Positions 46,555 to 56,041 of a DNA stretch of 64,000 bases are shown piece by piece. Numbering within the stretch: the first letter of the stretch is position 1; each line of letters starts with the position of its first letter. The stretch comes from Pseudomonadota bacterium. GTDB taxonomy: Bacteria > Bdellovibrionota > FAC87 > UBA2466. The position numbers and the translations under genes are program-made. The notes under the pieces are model-generated. The model worked only from the letters and a program-made list of their open reading frames with translations, was not told where the DNA came from and did not search any database. The stretch covers positions 13,574 through 77,573 of the forward strand of contig RFNO01000038.1 of assembly GCA_009927165.1 (NCBI GenBank), read 5' to 3'.

Positions 46555-48822
46555 ATGAAGATTTGGAACATCGGATATCCGCGAATAGGGAGACAAAAAG
46601 AGTTAACTGCTATTGTCGACTCCTTTCTTAAGAATCAGATAAAAGATAACGAGCTTTTGAGCAAGGGAAGTGAACTACTCAGAAGCCGATGGGAAACGCA
46701 GCATAATTTAGGGGTGGATAGTATCCCACTCAACGATTTCAGTTTTTGCGACCCTATTCTTGATACGGCCCAACTGTTCAATCTCATTCCTGAAATAGGA
46801 GAGGAGAAGAAGAGCTGGCTTCTCGATTCTTTTGTGCTCACGGGACAAAGAACGTTAGCTGGTCAACTTCCGCTCAAATTGGCTAAGTGGTTTAACACGA
46901 ACTACCATGTCTCTTCGCCTGAAGTAAACGCTCAGACAAAATTTAGTCTGAAAAAAGGGAAACTCCACTGGGAATTAGAACAGTCAAAAGCTGTTCCCTA
47001 TAATTTTCATGTCACGCTTGTGGGACCATGGACGCTTGCAAAGTATTGCCGATTACAGGGTATAACTTTGCCAGGTATTTTGGCGGAATTGGCACCCCTG
47101 TACAAAAGCCTAATCAATGAAATCCACAAAAAAGGCATCCAGTGGATTCAACTTGAGGAACCCGCACTTTGTCAGGATCTCGATCGCTCCGATCTCAAAA
47201 CTATTCAAAAAACGTATGAAAGTTTTGAGGGGGCAGCATCAAAGATAATGCTGTCGCTCGCTTATGAATCTCCGGATCCTTGGTTGACTGACCTTGCGCT
47301 CTTGCCGGTACATGGGTTTCACTTTGATCTTGTTTCTGGACCCGCAACGTTCAGTTGGATTAAGACACGTTCTTTCCCCCGAGATAAAATTTTGTGTCTG
47401 GGACTTGTTGATGCGCGAAATGTCTGGGCAGCTCCTCTATCCAGCTTATACAAACAGATTGAGATCCTGAAGGGCTTTCATCCAGTCAGCAAAATGATGG
47501 TTGCGCCGAGTGCATCATTAACTCATTTGCCGATCTGCAAAAAAGTCGAAGTGGAACTTAAAAAGAAAGAGGCTCTTTTCAGATCTCTTTCCTTTGCTGA
47601 TCAGAGGCTGGAAGAGTTGGCACAACTGAAAATGGTGCTTTTGGGAGAAGCAGATGCAGAAGGTCTCCAAAAAGCCGAAACTTTATTGAGGCAGGATCTG
47701 AAGAACCTTCATAAAGTAGACGAGGGTGTTCAAAAGCAGATAAATAAAATTGAACCAACCATGAAACGACGAACGTCCTCATTTGCAAAGCGTTTCAAGG
47801 CCCAGAGCAAAAAATTGGGTCTGCCCCGTCTTCCATGCACAACCGTTGGTTCATTTCCTCAAACAGATGAAATCGTAGAAGCTAGAAAAAGGGCCAAAGA
47901 AGGAGCCGACCGAGAAAGCTACTATCATAGTCTCATTAAGATGGAGATTGCTAAAGCCATTGATATTCAGGAATCAGTGGGGATGGATGTGCTTGTGCAC
48001 GGGGAATGTGAAAGATCAGACGTTGTTGAATATTTTGCCGCTCAGCTGGCGGGTTTTTCGGTTACAGAACATGGTTGGGTACAGTGTCTCGGGACTCATT
48101 GTGTTCGACCCCCCATCATTGTTTCGGATATTCAACGAAAAGAGCCCATGAGTCTCCTGGGTTATAAAATGGCCCAAGAATTAACGCCCAAACCAGTTAA
48201 AGCGATAGTTACCGGGCCAGTAACGTTAGTAAACTGGTCATTTGTTCGCCAGGATCAACCTCAAGAAAAAACTGCACTTCAAGCGGCGTTAGCTATTCGG
48301 GCTGAACTTAAGGAGCTAGAGCGCTTTGGTGCAAAAATCATTCAAATAGACGAGCCGGGGATCAAAGAAGGTCTACCCATCAAAAAGGGAAAGAGGCCGA
48401 ACTATCTACGTTGGGTAACCGATGTGTTTCGTTTAGCAACTTCTGGCGTACAAGATGAAACTCAAATTCAAACCCATTTGTGTCTCAACGATCTATCGGA
48501 ACTGATTGAAGCCGTCGGCAAGTTTGACAGTGACGTATTTCTCATTGAAACATCCCGTTCAAATGGAAATCTATTGAGCTTTTTGAAAACAACTGTTTTT
48601 GAGTCCAGTATCGGCCCCGGAATTTATGATGTCCATTCCAGACATGTCCCTACAGTAAATGAATTTGAACTGTCCCTCCGGAAATGTTTCGAAGTTCTCG
48701 CTCCGGAAAAGATATGGGTTGTCCCCGATTGTGGATTGCGTACTAGAACCCACGACGAAGTACGACAAGCGTTGGCCAACATGGTGGAATCCGCCAAAAG
48801 AATTCGGAAATTATTAGGTTAA
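46555..48822 (+). CDS. metE: cobalamin-independent methionine synthase
   Basis: 755 aa with the two-barrel architecture. C-terminal Zn ligand motifs THLCLND and VVPDCGLRTR are present. Confidence 0.92.
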   Translation: MKIWNIGYPRIGRQKELTAIVDSFLKNQIKDNELLSKGSELLRSRWETQHNLGVDSIPLNDFSFCDPILDTAQLFNLIPEIGEEKKSWLLDSFVLTGQRTLAGQLPLKLAKWFNTNYHVSSPEVNAQTKFSLKKGKLHWELEQSKAVPYNFHVTLVGPWTLAKYCRLQGITLPGILAELAPLYKSLINEIHKKGIQWIQLEEPALCQDLDRSDLKTIQKTYESFEGAASKIMLSLAYESPDPWLTDLALLPVHGFHFDLVSGPATFSWIKTRSFPRDKILCLGLVDARNVWAAPLSSLYKQIEILKGFHPVSKMMVAPSASLTHLPICKKVEVELKKKEALFRSLSFADQRLEELAQLKMVLLGEADAEGLQKAETLLRQDLKNLHKVDEGVQKQINKIEPTMKRRTSSFAKRFKAQSKKLGLPRLPCTTVGSFPQTDEIVEARKRAKEGADRESYYHSLIKMEIAKAIDIQESVGMDVLVHGECERSDVVEYFAAQLAGFSVTEHGWVQCLGTHCVRPPIIVSDIQRKEPMSLLGYKMAQELTPKPVKAIVTGPVTLVNWSFVRQDQPQEKTALQAALAIRAELKELERFGAKIIQIDEPGIKEGLPIKKGKRPNYLRWVTDVFRLATSGVQDETQIQTHLCLNDLSELIEAVGKFDSDVFLIETSRSNGNLLSFLKTTVFESSIGPGIYDVHSRHVPTVNEFELSLRKCFEVLAPEKIWVVPDCGLRTRTHDEVRQALANMVESAKRIRKLLG

Positions 48823-48823
48823 A

Positions 48824-50164
48824 CTAAAAAATCTCCTTTCGGTGTAAATCCTCTCCACAATGAACTTCCTCTCGTTCCTTAAGGTACTGTAAGACCCTTT
48901 TCCTAGTTTGGTCCGTCGTGATTTCGCTTTGGAAAGAACCACTACCAATGTGCGCTTTGTGCCAGGGCTCCGGGGGATAAGTGGCAGAATCAAGCAAATG
49001 GATGAGCCGAAGCGTCTTAAGGGCATCGAAGTTAGTATAAAACTGCCTGATTCGTTGTCGGTAATTGGTCCTTTGCTGGTAGGCGGCTTGAAGCAAATCG
49101 GGAAGTAACAATTTCTCTCCAGCGGAAAAGCCAGAAGGGGATTGCAAAATCAAATATTCTCGCCAACTTTGAAAAGCTTTAGCAAATTGTTCGGAAGGAA
49201 CGTTTAATGTCTGCTCAGAAGCCTTCATGAGTTGTTTGAGGAAAACAAAAGAAGCCGGATTATAAAGACTGTACTCATCGCCTTGAGTGAGAAGCCGAAA
49301 AATATCCGTCGTTGATTGACCGGTTCCAAATGGAACGCGATGTGAAAAACGCCCTCTTAAAGAAATGGGTTCGCCTTTTCGATAGTGAATTGCCCCCAGC
49401 TTTCGCAGTTTATTTAACAAATGAAAATCTTCTCCAGCTTGACGTTTGGGGAACCCTCTCACTTGAGCATATGAAGATGCTTGAATTGCAAGACAGCTTC
49501 CAATCGATGGAAAAGCAAAGGGAGATTCAGCTTCATAAAGCATCAAGAAATAATTTCTTAAATGAATTTCATAAAGTTCAAGCGCCTCAGCACCATCAAA
49601 ACCCTCGATATGATGTCGGTAGGGATAATGATGAGCCACTGCTGAAGTGTTAGTGGCTTGGAAGTAGTCTAAAGGAAGCGAAGCATCGGAATCGGTAGTC
49701 CGAAGCAATGAATCGACAATCAGTCCGTTCGCGTAAAGCTGACAAAGAATGTCGCATCCGATTTTTCGAGCTAGACCGACGCCTTCCTTTTCCTGAAATG
49801 GCAAATAACGACAACGGTCCACCCAAAGAATATGTAAGAGCGAAGAAATACTCTGAAAGCAGAAGCCCTCTTCAAATACTAAACCCATGCTTTTGAAAAA
49901 TTCAAAAAGCGCGTCATTAAAAAAAGATTCTTCACCAGTAGGATGGATCGACGAATTGATCACGGCTACGACGAGAACCGATCGATTTATCCCCTTGGTT
50001 ATGTTACTAAGGGAACTGAATAAGTGCTCTAAGTCAGACCACGATTCTCCGCGAATAGGCACGGCCACTCCAAAAGAAAACTCTGTTTTAATATGTGTCA
50101 GGAATTCAGCGCGAACTTCCGGCTCCGCATAGTCAGTTAAATAGTGAACTAAGTTCCGGTCCAT
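48824..50164 (-). CDS. uncharacterised protein with GT-A-like glycosyltransferase features
   Basis: The order of motifs resembles a GT-A fold: FGVAVPIRGE, GVGLARKIGCD, TDSDASLPLDY (DxD-like), then GSCLAIQASSYAQVRGFPKRQAGEDFHLLNKL (ED). The start codon overlaps the miaE stop (TAATG). CDS confidence is higher than product confidence. Confidence 0.45.
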   Translation of the reverse strand: MDRNLVHYLTDYAEPEVRAEFLTHIKTEFSFGVAVPIRGESWSDLEHLFSSLSNITKGINRSVLVVAVINSSIHPTGEESFFNDALFEFFKSMGLVFEEGFCFQSISSLLHILWVDRCRYLPFQEKEGVGLARKIGCDILCQLYANGLIVDSLLRTTDSDASLPLDYFQATNTSAVAHHYPYRHHIEGFDGAEALELYEIHLRNYFLMLYEAESPFAFPSIGSCLAIQASSYAQVRGFPKRQAGEDFHLLNKLRKLGAIHYRKGEPISLRGRFSHRVPFGTGQSTTDIFRLLTQGDEYSLYNPASFVFLKQLMKASEQTLNVPSEQFAKAFQSWREYLILQSPSGFSAGEKLLLPDLLQAAYQQRTNYRQRIRQFYTNFDALKTLRLIHLLDSATYPPEPWHKAHIGSGSFQSEITTDQTRKRVLQYLKEREEVHCGEDLHRKEIF

Positions 50165-50733
50165 TAGTGAACAGCAGGTCTGATAGGAGAAGCCTCAAAA
50201 GCTTTCGCTTCTTGATCGAGCCAAAAGTCGAGTCTTGCGAACACTTCTGCTTCTGTAAAAAATGGTAACGCCAGGTCTACAAACAAGCGTTTGTGGTGGT
50301 CTTCAGCTTTGGCTAGTCGATGGTAGAAAGCTTTCAATTCAGAGTCGGTCAGCGCTTGAGCCACGAGTTCTAGTTTTTCAGTGCCTCGCGCCTCAATTAT
50401 TCCAGATACTAAGAGACGATCGAGGAATCGTTCGTCTCTTCCAAAGCGAACCTGTTTCATTAAAAGATTAACATAGGAGTCTGGCTCATCGGGTGCCAGT
50501 GTCAGTCCTCTGCGGAAGATTAATTTGCAGACTTGGTGAAAATGTTCCAGCTCCTCTCGCGCAAAATTAATCATCGGCTCCAATAAAGCGGTACGATCGG
50601 GGTAGCGCACAACAAAAGACATGCCAACTGCGCTTGCCTTTCTTTCACAGGAAGCATGATCGATCAAAAAGGCATCAAAATTATTTAAGACGCATTCAAC
50701 CCACTCTGGGGGGGTTTTGGTTCTGAGGAGCAT
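50164..50733 (-). CDS. miaE: tRNA-(ms2io6A37)-hydroxylase MiaE
   Basis: DHASCERKA and REELEHFHQV di-iron ligand-type motifs are present in a ~190 aa four-helix protein, typical of MiaE. Confidence 0.75.
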   Translation of the reverse strand: MLLRTKTPPEWVECVLNNFDAFLIDHASCERKASAVGMSFVVRYPDRTALLEPMINFAREELEHFHQVCKLIFRRGLTLAPDEPDSYVNLLMKQVRFGRDERFLDRLLVSGIIEARGTEKLELVAQALTDSELKAFYHRLAKAEDHHKRLFVDLALPFFTEAEVFARLDFWLDQEAKAFEASPIRPAVH

Positions 50734-50793
50734 GTGCCTTTAATAATGGGATTGGTCGGTAGGGTCAATGGGGTTTAGATAAGTGCCTGAGAA

Positions 50794-51684
50794 TTACATT
50801 TGTGCCGTCATTTGAACCTGTTGATAGCGTTCCCGAGGATCTAGCTGATCGGAAAAACGGTTAGAAAGGCTATGAATACCAAAAAGAAGGCCACTGGTTA
50901 CGATGAGGGGATAGGCGAGCAGCCACCAGGCATCCCTGTTATCAGAGTACTGATGAAACAACTCCGAAAGAGTGGGGGTTGGAATGGGAAACCCCAAGCC
51001 AAAAAAGTCCAGAGCTGCCAGAGAAAGAATACTAGAAAATATCACTAGAGGAAAAAATGCGAAAACGACGGGTCTCACTGTTGGAATTAAATATCTGAAA
51101 AATATCTGTAGCTGTTTTAGCCCTTGGGAACGAGCTGCTTGGAGCAGGGGGCTTCGTAACGATGAGTCGGTTTGAATCCTGACCAGTTGGGCAAGGGTCC
51201 CCCATCCCAAGAACACTTTTAAAAGACCTACAAGAAAAACCTGACCGGGATAAAAGCTTAACCCAATCAGCGCCAATGGAAATAAAGGCAGTGATGAAAG
51301 TAGCTCTGTCGCTGAGTTCGCTGCATGCTTCAGTGTTGATGGAAGAAAAGAAAGAGCAATTCCCAAAAGCAGGCCGAGAAGGCAGGTAAAAAATGCCACG
51401 AACCCCCCAAAGAGGAGTGAGTAGCCGGAACCAAAAAGAAGTCGGCTTAACACATCTCGCCCTATTTCATCTGTTCCCCAGAGATGTTTTGTTGAGGGCG
51501 CTGAAGGTGGCAAGACAGTAGCATCAGTACGATCGGGTTCAAGAACAGACCAGGAGCCATTGTGAGATTGTTGATAATCCACATCAAGGCTCGGTTTCAT
51601 AAATACAACCCATAAACTGACCAAAAGCCAAAGTGCCCAACAACCCCAACCCACCGTTTTTAAAAAAACTGAAAATGCTTTCAT
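50794..51684 (-). CDS. peptide/nickel-type ABC permease (OppC/DppC-like)
   Basis: BPD_transp_1 pattern with GTDEIGRDVLSRLLFG near the N-terminal loop. Confidence 0.85.
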   Translation of the reverse strand: MKAFSVFLKTVGWGCWALWLLVSLWVVFMKPSLDVDYQQSHNGSWSVLEPDRTDATVLPPSAPSTKHLWGTDEIGRDVLSRLLFGSGYSLLFGGFVAFFTCLLGLLLGIALSFLPSTLKHAANSATELLSSLPLFPLALIGLSFYPGQVFLVGLLKVFLGWGTLAQLVRIQTDSSLRSPLLQAARSQGLKQLQIFFRYLIPTVRPVVFAFFPLVIFSSILSLAALDFFGLGFPIPTPTLSELFHQYSDNRDAWWLLAYPLIVTSGLLFGIHSLSNRFSDQLDPRERYQQVQMTAQM

Positions 51685-52595
51685 GTGGAGTGACCGTATT
51701 TCCTACTAGGAAAAAAGAGAAGCAATGCGAGTTCCCTCAGATTGCTTAAGATTATCCTTCCCCCGCCAATTACCAGTGTAATTCCAATCAGGATGGGGAG
51801 ATCTTGATTACGAAATGCTTCTACTGCAAGAAAGCCCAGCCCTTGAATTCGGAAAATAGGCTCTACCACAAGGCTCGCTCCAAAAAACAGGCCCCACCAA
51901 AGCGGTAAAATGGAAACTGTGACTTCTAAGCAAGGGCGACTCAAGTGTCGTAAATAAAACTGCCGGCGACTTAAACCTTTCGCGATTACGGCCTTAGCGT
52001 AAGGTTCTCGCTCCTCCTGGGCCAATCGTTGTTGAATTAAGCTCGCCAAATAGGGAACAGTGGCGGCCAAGTAAACAAGAGAAGGAGGAATCCAAAAGAC
52101 AAACAAAGAAGTGCTGAAAATGAAAAATGTTGCAAGGGAAAAAGAAGGCAAGCAAAAAAGGAAATCAGCAGCAATTGTTAGAATTCTCCCAGGCCACTTT
52201 TTGTCCCAAAGTGATTGGCCCATTCCCCAAAAAATACCTAGCGGGACAAACAATAAAAAAGAAAAAATACCGTAGCTGAGGGTGGCACGGGAACGCTCTT
52301 TGAGCAGTGTGAGCACCGGTGTTCCCGTCCAAAGTGATTCTCCTAAGCTTCCATGGCTCATGCCTATTAAGAAATCACAAACCTGTTTGCTAAAAGAGCC
52401 TGTGAGGCCCCACTGTTTAAGAAGAAGTCTTTGATCAGCTACTGACGGGGCGGCTTGGGGATTAAAAGAGTGGATCCGGACCAGAAAATACTCCAGCGGA
52501 GCAGATGAAAAAAAATGGTAGATAGAAAAAACAGCGATAGTAAAAACAAGAAGGGAAACCATGAGCGTAACCACTTTTAGTGAAAAGCGGATCAT
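51681..52595 (-). CDS. peptide/nickel-type ABC permease (OppB/DppB-like)
   Basis: Polytopic. I place the start at ATG 52595 (MIRFSLKVVTLMV), which forms an ATGA overlap with the binding-protein stop. The listed ORF extends to 52679. Confidence 0.85.
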   Translation of the reverse strand: MIRFSLKVVTLMVSLLVFTIAVFSIYHFFSSAPLEYFLVRIHSFNPQAAPSVADQRLLLKQWGLTGSFSKQVCDFLIGMSHGSLGESLWTGTPVLTLLKERSRATLSYGIFSFLLFVPLGIFWGMGQSLWDKKWPGRILTIAADFLFCLPSFSLATFFIFSTSLFVFWIPPSLVYLAATVPYLASLIQQRLAQEEREPYAKAVIAKGLSRRQFYLRHLSRPCLEVTVSILPLWWGLFFGASLVVEPIFRIQGLGFLAVEAFRNQDLPILIGITLVIGGGRIILSNLRELALLLFFPSRKYGHST

Positions 52596-54271
52596 GATTT
52601 GCCGTTTCCTCCAGGGAGAAGGGGAGAAGAGGGCATGTCCTTCGGTGCCCATTTCCAAAAATGAAATACATTGATCCATCGCGAGAAGGGGAGATACCCA
52701 GGCTTTTTAAATGAGTATCGATTCCAATAAGCAATTCGAGTAGAAGTGGGCTCCCACGAAAAAGCTATGGGATAGGCTTCGGAAATTAACTTGTCCAAAC
52801 GACGTATTACTTCGGACTTCTTTTTCTGGGGAAGTGGCCGTCTGAGTTGTTCCAAAAGTGAATCGACAGCGGGATCGGAAAAGCCTGTGATGTTACCGGA
52901 AGGGTCTTTGGAACCAGAACTGTGCCAAGTGGTTTCCAGGTCATTCATTTGGAAATTGCGATTTCGTGAAAAATCCAAAGCATCAAAGTTTCCTTGGCTT
53001 CTCAATCGCAAATAAGAACTCCAATCGACAATTCGGATTGATGCCTGAATGCCGACTTTTTTGAGATCTTCTTGGTAGATGGCAAGGTGTTTCGCGGCCG
53101 GAGGATTGCCAGTTAATATTTCAAACGTAAATGGAGTATCCCCTTTTTCCAAAACGCCATGGGAATTTTTTTTCCAGCCTGCCTGGAATAATAATTGAAC
53201 TGCTGCTTGAGGATCATAGGGCAGTGGATTGTTATCTGGGTGATGATATTCAGATCGGATAGGAGCTATTCCAGCTGATAACTGGTACTGGTCATAAAAC
53301 AGATCTTTAATGAGGCGCTGACGATCGAAGAGAAGTCCTAACGCTTTCCGAACTTTCGGATCGGAAAACAAGGGTTTTCTCATGTTCCATGCAATTCCTG
53401 CGACTGCAAATGGGTTTTGGTTTTTTACTTCCATTTTGTTAATTTGATGCTCGCTAAAGAGAGGACCAATCGTATCTTTGGCCCAAGATTTAGCAGACAA
53501 ATAATAAAGATAATCAATTTCATCTTTGAGCAACATTTCGTTCAAAAGAGCTGGTTCGGTTTGAATCTGGAATTCCACTCGTTGAATCAAAAAACGGGAC
53601 TGTTTGTCAGCCCGCTTTCTGGCCCAATAATTCGGATTTGCTTTGAGCGAAATACTTTTTCCCCACTCTACTTTGTCAAAAATGTAAGGGCCAGAGCCGA
53701 TGTAACTCTCATTGAAATCACGATGAAATACTTTGTTTGAAAAATGTCTTTTGGGCAAAATCAGAAAGCTTTCAAAAAGAGCAAAACCATCAGCAACTGG
53801 TTTGTCCGCAAAAAAGCGAACTTTATGTGCAGAGATAACTTGGCAAGAACGAATCGAGGAAAACAGAGAAGCAAAAGCTTGAGTTCTGTTTTCCGGTTTG
53901 TGAATGGAGTCCCAAGTAAAAAGAACATCTTCAGCTGTTACAGGGGTTCCATCCGAAAAGTGAGCGTGGGGGTCGAGTTCGAAATCAAATTCGGTGTGTA
54001 AAGCATTCTTGGCAAAAGATTGTGCCAGAGCGGGTTCTGGTTCCAGGTTGGTGAGACTGAGTCGAACGAGCGGTTCTAATACAAGATAGCTCACGGCCTC
54101 GGAGTACTCATCAAATCCCAAGAAAAAGAGATTGGAGAGCGGGAAGCCTAACATTCCAACGCGAATCCGATTAGAGGCAGGTTCTCTGATTGGCGCAGTT
54201 CCGCCGGAGTGTCCCCCCAGCAGCATCAAGATCGAACATAACAAAAATGTGTTTCTGAAGTTCATACCCAA
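52592..54271 (-). CDS. ABC substrate-binding protein, family 5 (OppA/DppA-like)
   Basis: Signal peptide present, 559 aa, SBP_bac_5-like pattern (FSDGTPVTAEDVLFTW, GSGPYIF, ANPNYW). Confidence 0.85.
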   Translation of the reverse strand: MGMNFRNTFLLCSILMLLGGHSGGTAPIREPASNRIRVGMLGFPLSNLFFLGFDEYSEAVSYLVLEPLVRLSLTNLEPEPALAQSFAKNALHTEFDFELDPHAHFSDGTPVTAEDVLFTWDSIHKPENRTQAFASLFSSIRSCQVISAHKVRFFADKPVADGFALFESFLILPKRHFSNKVFHRDFNESYIGSGPYIFDKVEWGKSISLKANPNYWARKRADKQSRFLIQRVEFQIQTEPALLNEMLLKDEIDYLYYLSAKSWAKDTIGPLFSEHQINKMEVKNQNPFAVAGIAWNMRKPLFSDPKVRKALGLLFDRQRLIKDLFYDQYQLSAGIAPIRSEYHHPDNNPLPYDPQAAVQLLFQAGWKKNSHGVLEKGDTPFTFEILTGNPPAAKHLAIYQEDLKKVGIQASIRIVDWSSYLRLRSQGNFDALDFSRNRNFQMNDLETTWHSSGSKDPSGNITGFSDPAVDSLLEQLRRPLPQKKKSEVIRRLDKLISEAYPIAFSWEPTSTRIAYWNRYSFKKPGYLPFSRWINVFHFWKWAPKDMPSSPLLPGGNGKS

Positions 54272-54365
54272 AGGCCTAACTTAAGTCTTGTGTAAACTCC
54301 GCTGGGCTGTACAGAGTTTGTCCTCATTTTGCATTAGCCCAAGTTTCTGAGGAGGACTGAAGTTA

Positions 54366-54605
54366 ATGAAACACCAATATCAATTAAAACGAGACGAAGT
54401 AAATCGAATCATTGGAAGCCAAGAGTTAAAAAAATGGTGGGTAGCCGAATTCACGGGGGTTCACAAAACAACTCTTCGACGCTGGTTACAGGGTAAAATT
54501 CATACAGTGCGGGGGGAGCACGCAGAACAATTAGCCCAAGTGCTGCAAGCACGCTTAAGCGAGATAGCTGACCCCGTCGCTAAAAGGAATAACCAGAACA
54601 TTTAA
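54366..54605 (+). CDS. small helix-turn-helix DNA-binding protein
   Basis: 79 aa. The HTH-like segment is WVAEFTGVHKTTLRRWLQGK. Confidence 0.5.
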   Translation: MKHQYQLKRDEVNRIIGSQELKKWWVAEFTGVHKTTLRRWLQGKIHTVRGEHAEQLAQVLQARLSEIADPVAKRNNQNI

Positions 54606-54661
54606 AAATCAGTAAATACAGGCAGTTACATCTAACAAACCTGTTCTTGACGATCCTGCTT

Positions 54662-54703
54662 CGCTCCCCTAGTTTGAGCTTTATGAATTCAACTAGGGGA
54701 GCG
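54662..54703. repeat. perfect 13-bp inverted repeat CGCTCCCCTAGTT-N16-AACTAGGGGAGCG
   Basis: Read directly from the sequence. It lies between the HTH gene stop (54605) and ATG 54713. Confidence 0.7.
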
Positions 54704-54712
54704 GCTAGGGAC

Positions 54713-55315
54713 ATGGAGCGAAGAGTGTTTTTTCGAAAACTTGTCCCATTTTTGATGATTTTCGGCAGTGTGGCCTATCCCTCTGTGGATATTCTGGGGT
54801 TGGGAGAAACTCTAACCCAGGGGCTTCGAGTCTTTGAGCGGGTTTATGAAGGCAATGATCAGTGGGCTGGAAGCTTTTGTAACGGACAGTATTCTTACCG
54901 TCTCAGAGTAAGAACCCAAATTAACGATGTTCAGATTGAATTAAATGAAGACGGTTCTGTGCTGCTCAATGCCACGTTAGAGAATCCCTACTTTGGTTTT
55001 GAGGGAAGTTACACCGGGGCCTATTCCTTATGTTTTCCGACATCGGCTTGGACAGGATTATCAGCCGACCAGATTCATGCAAGCGCTCGCATCGAGTTTA
55101 CTGATAAAGAAGATGGAAAAGTTGAATTTACAGTTCATGTGAATTCTCTTGCGTTAGACCGTCTTCACACCGGGGGACTGTCTGGAGAAGCAGAGGAAAC
55201 CTTGACGCTTTTGCTCAACAAAACATTAAAAGAAGTGTGGACTTCCCAATTTGGAGAGTGGTTGAGCCAACAAATTTCCCTCTACATCAATAAAAATATT
55301 CCTGTAAAATCGTAA
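54713..55315 (+). CDS. secreted hypothetical protein
   Basis: I place the start at ATG 54713 (MERRVFFRKLVPFLMIFGSVAYPSVD, a signal peptide). The longer listed ORF (54647) would have to read through the inverted repeat. Confidence 0.5.
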   Translation: MERRVFFRKLVPFLMIFGSVAYPSVDILGLGETLTQGLRVFERVYEGNDQWAGSFCNGQYSYRLRVRTQINDVQIELNEDGSVLLNATLENPYFGFEGSYTGAYSLCFPTSAWTGLSADQIHASARIEFTDKEDGKVEFTVHVNSLALDRLHTGGLSGEAEETLTLLLNKTLKEVWTSQFGEWLSQQISLYINKNIPVKS

Positions 55316-55343
55316 AGCATCATTTTCAGGAAAGGTCTCGAGT

Positions 55344-55868
55344 ATGAAAGATTGGATAGAGTGGTTTAAACAAGCCCCCAGAAACACTCAAGTCCTGACA
55401 TCCTTTCTATTGGTTGCTGGCTTCGCAGTCCTTTTGATTTCGGTGACTTCGATTGGGATCATCATGAAAGCTCAGTTTTCTACTTCCAATACGATCGCAG
55501 AGTCTAAAGTCCATCACTCGGAAACAAACGAAGAGACCAAACCTACGGTGACCTCTTTTCCCTTTGAGCTTAACCAAGTTTCGATGGCTGTGATGAGCAA
55601 GAAGGGAACCAAAACTGCCTACGCTCAATTTACGCTCAGTCTGGACTGTCCCTCTGAAGAGTCGCAGAAATTAATGGCTTTGAATCGTGCGAAACTCTTG
55701 GATTCTGTGTTTTTGGTGGGAAGTAATTTTTATCTTGATGATTTTACCGCTGAGGCAGCCCCCAAATCTCTTGAAAAATTCAAACATGAGTTATTAGAAA
55801 AGTACCAGGAACACTTCCAAGCAGAAGCTCCTCGAGGCATCGTTCTGAAAGAATGGTTCATCAACTAA
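55344..55868 (+). CDS. FliL-like flagellar basal-body-associated protein (paralog)
   Basis: It has a single N-terminal TM segment, then the pattern ...MSKKGTKTAYAQFTLSLDC..., ...NRAKLLDSVFLVGS..., ...LLEKYQEHFQ....GIVLKEWFIN. This matches the FliL family layout. Confidence 0.5.
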   Translation: MKDWIEWFKQAPRNTQVLTSFLLVAGFAVLLISVTSIGIIMKAQFSTSNTIAESKVHHSETNEETKPTVTSFPFELNQVSMAVMSKKGTKTAYAQFTLSLDCPSEESQKLMALNRAKLLDSVFLVGSNFYLDDFTAEAAPKSLEKFKHELLEKYQEHFQAEAPRGIVLKEWFIN

Positions 55869-56041
55869 AAAGACTAAAAATGTCAGCGCGTTGAATACTC
55901 TTCATACATCTTCCTCTGTATACTCCTTGACTTCCCTGCGTGAGCTAATTGGCACGACTTTGCAACTTCTGATCCGCAGTTATGTTTCGGAATTCGAATG
56001 AATTGCGATAATTCACTAAGAATACGGAATTGAGTAAAGCA

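Noticed and set aside
54647-54712. The TTG-initiated 5' extension of the 54647..55315 ORF.
   Set aside because: It would translate straight through the perfect 13-bp inverted repeat. The ATG at 54713 is directly followed by a signal peptide.
55950-55964. TGGCAC-GACT-TTGCA upstream of the Tyr-rich lipoprotein gene looks like a sigma-54 promoter.
   Set aside because: The spacer is 4 nt, not 5 (GG to GC is 10 nt instead of 11). Sigma-54 promoters are strict about this spacing, so I do not call it, although it is worth keeping in mind if a TSS maps nearby.
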